Part shown: one piece after another, positions 55,701 to 64,000 of the stretch | Numbering within the stretch: the first letter of the stretch is position 1 | Layout of the letters: each line of letters begins with the position of its first letter | Assembly (NCBI GenBank): GCA_937625935.1 | Contig: OW569395.1 | Coordinates: forward strand, 1 to 64,000 | Reading direction: 5' to 3' | From: Tetramitus jugosus | Lineage: Eukaryota; Protista; Heterolobosea | Length of the DNA stretch: 64,000 nt | Program-made: the position numbers and the translations under genes | Notes under the pieces: generated by a model | Told to the model about the DNA's origin: nothing | The model's database searches: none | The model's input: only the letters and a program-made list of their open reading frames with translations

Positions 55701-58700
55701 TTATTTTCTTGTTCTTGTTTGCTTTCTTCTGCTGGGTCGTCCGTTGTCCTCGTTATCATCGTCATACGATTCTTTGTTCGTAACAACTCTCTTTCTCTTT
55801 GATGGCTTCTTTGCATCCTTCTTGAGTGCTATAAACTGTCTAGTGATATCGATCAATGTTTCGTCAGTCATGAGATCCATCGGTGTTCTTCCCTCCCAGT
55901 CCTTAATTTCAATGTCAGCTCCAAATTCGAGTAGATCTCGGAGAATGTCTCGTGAGGAGTACACTGCAACAGTGTGGAGACAAGTTCTACCTCTATTGTT
56001 CTGAATATTGATAAATCGTGATAATTCTTCGAGTTTCAGCTCCTCGAAAGAAGGCAGGTTTGCTTTTGTTCTTTGAGATCGTTTGGGTGCTGTGACAGTT
56101 TGAGCGTCGCTTATCCTCCGGAATCGACTAACAATTGAGCGCAAGATAGAGGACCATTCATTCCCTACTTCCTTATTTCGGGAGTACTTTGCCAATAGAT
56201 GTAAGAGAGTGTTTCCTGTTTTGGGATCAACAGCTTTCACTGCATGATCCAATAAGGCATCCTTGTTATAATAACGAACGAGCCAATCGAACATGTGACT
56301 GCCAACTTCGTCCACCAGCAGTTGCAGTGTAGTAAGAGAGTTAGAAATGAGCGGTTCATCATGATGGTCTCCATTTTCTGTGCATGGAATTTGGGTCATC
56401 ATTTCGAGCCATGACGGCTTTGGTTGCTTTTCCTCGGTCGTAATCATCAGAGGAATAAACTGTCTCTCATAATCTGCATTCAAATTCTGATGAGACAGGC
56501 ATCTTCGGATAATGCCATGGAGTTGATGCTTGGATGGAGCAATATTGTGCTGAACAGCAGCAGACAATGCAAAATCATGAAAATTGTTCGCCAAGGCAAC
56601 TTCAACTGGATTATCGAATTGCTCGGCAAAAGGACTGGTATCAGGCCAGATAACAGAAAATACATCCAACATATTGGCCTCACATGCAAGGATTGCAGCG
56701 TTTCTTGACTTTCTTGCACCGACTGTATCATTTTCCAGTGGCTTGCTAACTAATTTAGACAATTCTGTCCTTGTTTTACACCTTTTCCTCCAATGCTTGA
56801 TAATATTCTGACACAGAGAAGCATCTCTTTGGGCTGCAATATGCAAGAGAGTAGGCTTAGAATCCTGTGATTCATCTCTGAGAAAGACATCATGAGTGTG
56901 CGACATCAATTTGTCAAACATTGGTATATCAATTGCAACTTCTAGAGCAAGGTACATTACAGGCAGAGGAGCAACTTCATCGGTATCTTTGCTTGTAAAC
57001 ACTGGCTTATTTGCAATATCACTCATATTGATCGATAAATCATCCAATAATTGAACCCCCTTCGAGGCTTCAAGCAATATTTGAAGAGGACTTATTCCAG
57101 AAATATCTTCTAGATAGCTTTCTGGTGATGTTCCAGACTTTTCATAAAGCATTTCAGGATAGTGTTCCAGGCAGAGAAGAGCACAGTGTTTTGCAACAGA
57201 ATAAACTCCAGAGGTGAATATCTTCTTTCTTTTGGTTATAGTTGAAGTTGCATCCGTTAGATTCGATAGAAACTTGAATAACAAGTGGAGAGCATTGAAG
57301 CCATATTTCATTCTTGGACTTAAGAGCTCTGATAGAGGCTTTGACGAAATAGATGGATTTAACATCATGTAGTTGACCAGTTGATAGTTACTGTTGCGGA
57401 TTGCTGATGTCACAACAGTGTCTCCCTCATTGCTTATAATGTCAACTTTGGCACCAGACTTGATCAGTTCAGCACTACACTCATCGATAAAGTCATTCAG
57501 ATCAGCAGACTCGTTGAGGGAATGCCTAGCAAATTGTTGCAGAAGTGTTTGTGAGTCATTATGCTTGACCAGGAACAAGGGGGTTTCTCCTTTTTCGTTC
57601 AACGAGTTCGCGTCAAAGCCATTGTTCAGTAGCCACTGTACTATTAATATTCGCGGATACACCACAGCCGCATGTAGCAGAGTTCCACATGATGTAGGAT
57701 AGTTTTGCAGTGATTGACTCTGAGAAAAACAATCCAACTTGGAAACTGTTCGAAGAAATCCCAACCGAACATCTTGCCCAAACCTGTGAATGTACTGATA
57801 ATTATTGTGTTGGGTAACAAAAATCTGTTGAAGGGGAGTTTCGTTGTTATTGTTCCTCGCATACAGTAAATCCTGAGGACACTTTGAAATGAGGTATTTT
57901 GCAATATCTATTCTCATAGAAAGGTATGCAGAATGAAGTATGTTGTTCCCAAATTTGTCCAAAATTGTGAGTGAAGCTCCATTTTCTACCAAGTATCCAA
58001 TATCTTCCAAATCATTATTGCCACCACTTTTTGTTAGGCACAGTTGAATGAGTGGAAGTTCCTTTCGATCTTCTCTAATTATTCCATCTGAGTCTCCAAG
58101 AGATATCAAGTCAGGTTTCAAAGATAGCAAGTGTTGAGCTAATTGTTTACGGAGCAGAGAGCTCCCAAGGAATGCTGCCAATAGAAAATTTCGGACTCCA
58201 TTGACGGCTAACTTTGGCTTAAACTTTTCGATGAAGCTCTTAATCATTGACAGCATAGTTTCACTGTGACACGATGAAATAAGTACACTCAGGAGAGTTG
58301 ATGTGCCCATATAGATATTCCATTCAAAAGTGGCATTAATATCTAAAACTAACTCTGGATACTTCATTCGATTGGGGTCCGTTAACAACTCCAATAGCTT
58401 GGAGAACGATCCAATGTTATCCAACATAAAGCGTTGGTCGAGCCTAAAGTGAGGCTCAAGTTGAAACATGTTTCCTACCTGTCCAGATAAGGTGAGTAAA
58501 TGTTGGAAGAAGGAATATTCGAAAACACCAATATCAACTATCGTCTCAATCATTTCGTCAGTTAAAGTTTCCATCCTAGCATTCATGTGCGACAATACAA
58601 TTCCCTCTTTCCTCGACATATAGTTCAGATATTGAATGTACGAAACAATAGGTAGTTCCATATCATTCTCAGTATGCTCATCAATCTCTGGTTCAATGAT

Positions 58701-59768
58701 TGACATTTCAAAATGTGGAAAAATTTCTTTCAGATGGTTGATACTACTGACACTCATGTCTAAGTAGGGCACGTAGTTCAATGTTAAGCTCTGAATATCA
58801 ACTTTCATCAAATCAACTTGTAGACTCCTTGAGAGAGTATAATCATGTATCACCATGTCATATCTTGCCTTGGTCGAAAAAAGTGAAAAAAATTTCAAGA
58901 GAGCCTCAGAGGGAAGACTCAATCCGATAACGTTAAGGTTCTTGGTTGAAATGGGCAACGAAATAGCAATCGCACGTATTGTGTCCAGAGTAATAGAGTT
59001 ATTACGGCTCTGAAACGGACGATGCCGATACTCTGTTTTTGTTCCCAGAATGTCCAATGTCTCAAGTTGCTTCAACATTGGCAACAAAATGTTCACGCAG
59101 GACAAAAACTCTTTTCGGTTAGAGAGTGAACACCAACCCAACTTCAAGTGCTTCACATTACAAAACACATTACCCAAGAATGCAAATATTGAGTGTCTAT
59201 GATAAGGTAGTCTAGAATTCATTCGATATCCCTTACCAGTTCCACCAATAGGCTTAAACTGAACAATTTGATTGTTGTCTCTCATGTAGTACTTTGGTCT
59301 CCCATCGTCCACCAGATTCAAATGAGTGACATTTCCATACAATTGCTCCTGAACCTCATAGAGCCATTGAGAACACACTGATCTCAGCATGAAATAAAAG
59401 GGAAAAGCAGGTATGAATGACATGATGGAATGAAAAATGTCTCTTGGAATCGGTTGACCAGCCATTACAAAAAATCCCAAAAATTTGTCTCTTTCCTTCT
59501 CTGGATCCCTTTGCCAAACAGTAAAGTCTTCTGAAAAACCGACAACTTCCTCCCTTGAAGCTTCTTGGTCCAGTTCTGACAATTGTCCTGCTAAAGTCGG
59601 CTCTTTTTCTTCTTGTTCTTCTTCTCCTTGTTGGTTCATGGGTGTATCGTCAGGGTTCACTTTAGCATCGTTCGAATGATGCTCCTCCTCTTTGGACGCC
59701 TTTTTCAGTGTGGCAGCCCTGCTCAGCATCTCTCCTTTGTTTTGTCTCAAAGCTTCTTGGTTTCCCAA
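55701..59768 (-). CDS. F-box + LRR-like + ankyrin-repeat protein (first ATG at 59729)
   Basis: IPRDIFHSIMSFI...LRSVCSQW F-box; GNNILH, GTLLHAA, GETPLF, GNTLLHL and GRTCLH ankyrin repeats. Confidence 0.85.
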   Translation of the reverse strand: MGNQEALRQNKGEMLSRAATLKKASKEEEHHSNDAKVNPDDTPMNQQGEEEQEEKEPTLAGQLSELDQEASREEVVGFSEDFTVWQRDPEKERDKFLGFFVMAGQPIPRDIFHSIMSFIPAFPFYFMLRSVCSQWLYEVQEQLYGNVTHLNLVDDGRPKYYMRDNNQIVQFKPIGGTGKGYRMNSRLPYHRHSIFAFLGNVFCNVKHLKLGWCSLSNRKEFLSCVNILLPMLKQLETLDILGTKTEYRHRPFQSRNNSITLDTIRAIAISLPISTKNLNVIGLSLPSEALLKFFSLFSTKARYDMVIHDYTLSRSLQVDLMKVDIQSLTLNYVPYLDMSVSSINHLKEIFPHFEMSIIEPEIDEHTENDMELPIVSYIQYLNYMSRKEGIVLSHMNARMETLTDEMIETIVDIGVFEYSFFQHLLTLSGQVGNMFQLEPHFRLDQRFMLDNIGSFSKLLELLTDPNRMKYPELVLDINATFEWNIYMGTSTLLSVLISSCHSETMLSMIKSFIEKFKPKLAVNGVRNFLLAAFLGSSLLRKQLAQHLLSLKPDLISLGDSDGIIREDRKELPLIQLCLTKSGGNNDLEDIGYLVENGASLTILDKFGNNILHSAYLSMRIDIAKYLISKCPQDLLYARNNNNETPLQQIFVTQHNNYQYIHRFGQDVRLGFLRTVSKLDCFSQSQSLQNYPTSCGTLLHAAVVYPRILIVQWLLNNGFDANSLNEKGETPLFLVKHNDSQTLLQQFARHSLNESADLNDFIDECSAELIKSGAKVDIISNEGDTVVTSAIRNSNYQLVNYMMLNPSISSKPLSELLSPRMKYGFNALHLLFKFLSNLTDATSTITKRKKIFTSGVYSVAKHCALLCLEHYPEMLYEKSGTSPESYLEDISGISPLQILLEASKGVQLLDDLSINMSDIANKPVFTSKDTDEVAPLPVMYLALEVAIDIPMFDKLMSHTHDVFLRDESQDSKPTLLHIAAQRDASLCQNIIKHWRKRCKTRTELSKLVSKPLENDTVGARKSRNAAILACEANMLDVFSVIWPDTSPFAEQFDNPVEVALANNFHDFALSAAVQHNIAPSKHQLHGIIRRCLSHQNLNADYERQFIPLMITTEEKQPKPSWLEMMTQIPCTENGDHHDEPLISNSLTTLQLLVDEVGSHMFDWLVRYYNKDALLDHAVKAVDPKTGNTLLHLLAKYSRNKEVGNEWSSILRSIVSRFRRISDAQTVTAPKRSQRTKANLPSFEELKLEELSRFINIQNNRGRTCLHTVAVYSSRDILRDLLEFGADIEIKDWEGRTPMDLMTDETLIDITRQFIALKKDAKKPSKRKRVVTNKESYDDDNEDNGRPSRRKQTRTRK

Positions 59769-60663
59769 AAAACTGGAACTGACAACCGGGAAAACGTGAT
59801 CACAAAATGAAAAAGCCTACATTACTGAGGGTTCTCGAGTAGTCTCCTATCTCAATACTAACTCAGCCAGTGTATGAACGTAGACACTCTATTGGTGAAA
59901 ATGAACTATTTCCACGTTTTTGGCTTGCGAAGCTCAACGATTTGGTGTGTAGGTGATGCATTGCCTCTTCACAAGCTCCATATGAAGATCAATGTTGGGA
60001 GCAACCAGTTCGGTGAATTAAAAAGCACTCGTTCGAGTGTTACTGGGAATCAACCTGTAGCCATGCAAGCGTTGGCGACATCGACCTTCAAGGCAGTAAG
60101 GAGAGCAACCAAAAAGGTTGCAGGCAAAAACGAGCACCAAAGAAGAGTCTGAAAGAAACTTGGAATTGAAGAAATTCAAGAAGGCGCACCTGTGCTTGGA
60201 GTTTATCGAGCCCTTCACTCAAGGAAACCGGAAACAACTTGCCTCACCTTGATTGTATTCCTATCATCAGAAGGAAAAGGGAAGGAACAACGTTGAACCT
60301 TGCAGCAAGACCAAAGGATCTCCTTATCCCATTCGTGGGTCCATCCATGGTTTAGTATGTGCCACGCCATGGTCCAGGGTCATGCATCTGACGGAATTTG
60401 CAACCAGTTACCCCATAACAATAAATATCTTGCCCAGGCGCTCAAAGTACATTCCGCTTCTGACTTGGAACTCCCCAAAACAGCATCCCGACAGACAGGT
60501 TCTGTCCTTTGGGAATCATCCAGCTCATTCCATAATCCCAACAAAACAAAAAAACCTTCCTTCAGGCAACCATCATCCCAACTACAACTTCCACCAGACT
60601 TACTTATTCCAGCAAACAACCAAACAAGCAAAACAAGCAAAACAAACAAAAACAACTACAAAA

Positions 60664-61533
60664 ATGACCAAACAACAACAACAAAATAATCAACCATCCA
60701 AACCAGATCCTTCCCTCTCCTCTTTTTCACCATCGTCATCCTCTTCTTCTCCCACTCCCTACAACAACAACAACAACAACAATAATAACCAACAACCACA
60801 AAATTTTCCGTCATTTTTTGACAACAATGAATATAATCCAAATTTCACTCCACACCAACATCAACTCTATTCAACATCAACACCTCCACCACCACCACCA
60901 CCTTCTTATGCCCAAGCAACTCAACCACACATGATGACGATGATGATGAATCCATATGATCAACAACAACAACAACCACAGAATGAACCAACTTTTCATC
61001 AACCATCATTTTACAATCAACAACCTCCCATTACAATAACGAACATGACATATGATCCATACTATGGTGGTGGTGGTGGTCCACCCATTGCTCAAATACC
61101 AATCTCACCTCCTCCACCATCTCAACAAGCTCAAGCTCATTTTAATAATAACAATAATAATAATAATAACAATAGCTTTCATAATAATCATCATAGCTTA
61201 GCACCAAAAACAACAACAACAACAACAATAGCTACACCACCAACGACAAATACGACAAATACAACGTTAGTCGTTCAGAGGTATAATTCAAATGATGATA
61301 CGATGGCACTCATATTGTTGTTGATTGGATTTTTTATCGCAGGCCCCATCATTTGGCTCATTTGTTTTTTGGTGTATCGAAATTCACCGAATGCGCAAGC
61401 AAAGTCCTGTGCACGTGCGAGCGGAATTTTAGCTCTGATATCTTTTGGACTGATTGTTTGTTCAATTATAGGTGTCGTGGTGATCATTGTCGTGTTCGCC
61501 ATTCGTGCAAAAAGAGCTATGAATGGAAACTAA
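60664..61533 (+). CDS. Pro/Gln/Asn-rich membrane protein with C-terminal hydrophobic helices
   Basis: PPPSY motif; two C-terminal hydrophobic segments; likely start MTKQQQQ. Confidence 0.7.
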   Translation: MTKQQQQNNQPSKPDPSLSSFSPSSSSSSPTPYNNNNNNNNNQQPQNFPSFFDNNEYNPNFTPHQHQLYSTSTPPPPPPPSYAQATQPHMMTMMMNPYDQQQQQPQNEPTFHQPSFYNQQPPITITNMTYDPYYGGGGGPPIAQIPISPPPPSQQAQAHFNNNNNNNNNNSFHNNHHSLAPKTTTTTTIATPPTTNTTNTTLVVQRYNSNDDTMALILLLIGFFIAGPIIWLICFLVYRNSPNAQAKSCARASGILALISFGLIVCSIIGVVVIIVVFAIRAKRAMNGN

Positions 61534-61689
61534 AAAAAAAATTGTAAATAAAAAAGCTGATTGAAAAACGATTGCACTACGATTCCCAAAAAAGACGCCC
61601 ATAGCACTTTGATGGCAAAAACTCCAAAATAAGCATAAGAGATGTCAAATCACAAACTGGCCAGTTTTGAAAACGAATAAACACGTGAA

Positions 61690-63039
61690 ATGAGCAATAG
61701 AGCCAAGATTCTGGTTCTATGCATTATAGCTTTCGTGGTGTTGCAAACAGTGCTATACAAGATGACTCATACAAGTGCACAAGAAGGAGTTGGTCACCGG
61801 ACAGAAGCAGAAGCAGCAGTAGCAGCAGTAGTAGCAGTAGCAGCAAGAAACCAATCTGAACCAGAACAGCAGGCAGTAGCAACTGCTGTTGCTAGTAGTT
61901 CATCCGATTCTTCCGAGGTGGCGGTTGACCACCTCATCCGTACGAAAAAGTATCTGATTTCAGTGCACACAGCAGGAATGAGCAATTATATTAGGGCTTT
62001 GGCGGACACGGCGTACATGTTGATTCTAATGAATAACACGAGTATAACACTGCTCATTCATCCAAATATTCAGAATGCACACTCAAACTCGAGGGCATTC
62101 ACTCCCAAAGACAGAGGAAGGATTCGATTCGGTGAGATGAACAATCAGAACGTACTCTTCTCTGAATTGTTTCAAATTCCAACTCGTTCTTTTCACACTG
62201 TAGTGCACCGAAATGATGGGACCGCTGCAACAATTGTGACAAAAGATTTTCGTTTAAATTATGAGATTGCGACGCCAGCTTTGTTACGAGCGTTGAAGAA
62301 GGCAACCGGTTCTAAGAATCGCTCATCAAAGTTCAAAATTGGCAACTGTCAGACCTCAAAACTACAAACAGAGAGTCTACAAGCAGAGCAGAAATCGAAA
62401 CGGCTCATGGAATGTATGACGGAGCATTTTCGGACCAATACCAAGTTAGTTGCTCTGCATCAACTGTGGATAAAGAACGTGGGCCTTGAGAATGTTCCAG
62501 ATATTCAACCATCTCTCTATGAAATGATATGGTCCACATTTCATACTCAGAACAATATTGATATCACGGAATCAACCATCATGATTCATCTAAGATTAAG
62601 AGACTTTCAGAAATTTTGTAAATATCGGGATTGCTGGTTCGAGATGGCAGAGGTAGAACCTCATATTCTCCAACTACAACACACCACAGGAGCTAAACAC
62701 GTCATTATCATGACCAATCCCATACCGGAAAACGAGAGAGAAAGCGATCCTACCTATGCTGTCGTACAGAAACATCCTGACTGGTTCATGAGTATGGATA
62801 TTATTGAACAGAGTGAGACTATTCCATCGAGGATGAAGCAAGATATCAATGCGTTTCTCGTACTGGAAATGGCCGCTGCTATTTCTTCGAAATACTTTGT
62901 TGGAAACGCCTTTTCGACTGTTGCTCGAACGATAGCACATCTTCGAAAACGACAGAATAAGTCTCAAGAAAGCGCCATCAGCTTCCCAACACTGGTGAGG
63001 AAAACAGGATGCTTGAACTGTGCAGATCTCTTTGTATGA
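61690..63039 (+). CDS. O-fucosyltransferase-family (GT-B) type II membrane glycosyltransferase
   Basis: N-terminal TM helix; AGMSN; IHLRLRDF; LEMAAAISSKYFVGNAFSTVA. Confidence 0.85.
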   Translation: MSNRAKILVLCIIAFVVLQTVLYKMTHTSAQEGVGHRTEAEAAVAAVVAVAARNQSEPEQQAVATAVASSSSDSSEVAVDHLIRTKKYLISVHTAGMSNYIRALADTAYMLILMNNTSITLLIHPNIQNAHSNSRAFTPKDRGRIRFGEMNNQNVLFSELFQIPTRSFHTVVHRNDGTAATIVTKDFRLNYEIATPALLRALKKATGSKNRSSKFKIGNCQTSKLQTESLQAEQKSKRLMECMTEHFRTNTKLVALHQLWIKNVGLENVPDIQPSLYEMIWSTFHTQNNIDITESTIMIHLRLRDFQKFCKYRDCWFEMAEVEPHILQLQHTTGAKHVIIMTNPIPENERESDPTYAVVQKHPDWFMSMDIIEQSETIPSRMKQDINAFLVLEMAAAISSKYFVGNAFSTVARTIAHLRKRQNKSQESAISFPTLVRKTGCLNCADLFV

Positions 63040-63099
63040 TTGAGCGTTCAGGTGATCTCCAGTGTGTATTGTATTAAAAAATTAGAAGAATTTGTTATA

Positions 63100-63469
63100 A
63101 TTGGCCCTGATTATCAGTACACTATGTCTCAATTAAGTCCGTAGAGAGTCATTGCTTTTGTTTCTCTTTGGATGATGGGGCTAGCGAAAGTCGCTAAGTC
63201 GCCCACGCCAATAGTTTTGATAAATTTTCTTTTTTTTTTTTTTTTTTTTTTAAATACAACCAGTTTCGGTTGCTCACTTTATTGTCTATTGTTTTCTTCA
63301 GCCATCGCTCTTCGAGCGATGGCCCTTGGTCACCTGATTAATTCTCAATGGCGCTCGCAGAGCGTCATTGCTGTTTCGCTTTTGTTGTGGTGAAGAGGTG
63401 AAGGAGTGTCGTAAGACATCTCCGTTTCACCCCATTCACATAAATTCTTGCTTATATAGTTTTGATAAA
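63100..63469. ncRNA. Candidate tandem pair of related structured non-coding units (unassigned)
   Basis: Collinear shared motifs cctgatta, tctcaat, agagMgtcattgct, gtttcKcttt and atagttttgataaa in 63100-63224 and 63326-63469; several GC-rich hairpins. Confidence 0.4.
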
Positions 63470-63510
63470 AATAGGTTTTTAAGGGTCGTGAAGAGTTAAT
63501 GGATATCCAA

Positions 63511-63584
63511 GCAGGCTTAGTTCAGTCGGTTAGAACGTAACGTTTACACCGTTAAGGTCATGAGTTCGATTCTCATAGCCTGTA
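63511..63584 (+). tRNA. trnV: tRNA-Val (anticodon TAC)
   Basis: Cloverleaf: acceptor GCAGGCT/AGCCTGT, D stem GTTC/GAAC, anticodon stem TAACG/CGTTA with loop TTTACAC, T arm ATGAG-TTCGATT-CTCAT; a T5 run follows. Confidence 0.95.
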
Positions 63585-63652
63585 AAGTTTTTCGTTCCGT
63601 TTTGACCAAGATTTCCCCTCACACAATCAGAACCTACAAAAGAAAAGCAGTC

Positions 63653-64000
63653 ATGACTCAGCAATGCTATTGGCAAGAAGTCATCGTGCCAGATGGCATG
63701 AAATATTACTATAATGCCGCAACACGCATGACTCAATGGGACAAACCACAAGAGCTCATTGATTATGAACGTGTATGTGTGTCTCTTTTTGTTGTTAACA
63801 ATTGTGTTTGGTCTGATTTGACCGTCTAGCCAGGCAGCTAGTTCATTTCTCAAGAACCTATAATTGACTATTTCTTCAAGATGTTGTTCACGCAACCTAC
63901 TGTTGTTCAAAACAATCCACAACAACAACAAACAATGACATCTTCTTCTTCACTAAGTGAAAAAGAAGAAGAATTGATTGAACGTTTCACAGAGAATGGT
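63653..64000 (+). CDS. WW-domain protein, 5' part (runs off the window; intron from 63773)
   Basis: WQEVIVPDGMKYYYNAATRMTQWDKP; GTATGT donor; open frame to the window end after a CTAG acceptor at about 63841. Confidence 0.75.

Noticed and set aside
35052-59810. Numerous short ORFs antisense to or overlapping long genes
   Set aside because: Shadow ORFs of low-complexity coding sequence with no independent motifs.
59800-60650. ORFs 59874..60152 and the 5' extension of 60253..61533
   Set aside because: No recognisable motifs, stops in all frames across the region, and a non-ATG start for the extension; treated as intergenic or UTR.
63511-63584. tRNA as an organellar insertion (NUMT)
   Set aside because: The D-loop is eukaryotic Val-like, a Pol III T-run follows, and no other organellar sequence flanks it.

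Overview
This is the left end of a eukaryotic nuclear chromosome. It uses the standard genetic code, has short GT-AG introns and is gene-dense. The gene set (PLS/DYW PPR protein, TALE homeobox, many intronless bacterial-like genes) suggests a heterolobosean or other discoban amoeba, but that is an inference. Bases 1-863 are a (CCCAAA)n/(TTTGGG)n telomere, with two short internal telomeric tracts at about 1081 and 1490. From about 0.9 to 20 kb is a subtelomeric zone of decayed mobile DNA. It contains SWIM+chromo and DEDDh-exonuclease+PHD pseudogenes and a frameshifted tyrosine recombinase. It also holds a delimited two-ORF IS630/Tc1 element (7224-9386, 28-bp TIRs, TA target duplication) that splits another gene, and a PIF/Harbinger element disrupted by related MITEs (434-bp palindrome). 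Virus-like remnants include a primase-like/Zn/UL9-type origin-binding helicase and a probable terminase fragment flanking an intact trypsin-like protease, possibly an eroded herpes/mirusvirus-like insertion. From about 20.4 kb onward are ordinary host genes: two SDRs, DUF1349, BCP peroxiredoxin, UVDE, kinesin, DYW-PPR, strictosidine-synthase-like, ITPA, VPS9/VARP-like, TPR proteins, a CBM52-like lectin, a DUF5662-like HD protein, AIR1/2-like, TALE homeobox, a dead M3 peptidase, XLF, a PH protein, PP2C, F-box/ankyrin, an O-fucosyltransferase, tRNA-Val and a WW protein. Just upstream of the tRNA is a tandem pair of related structured non-coding units that I cannot assign to a known RNA family. 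All family calls come from motif recognition by eye, not database searches.
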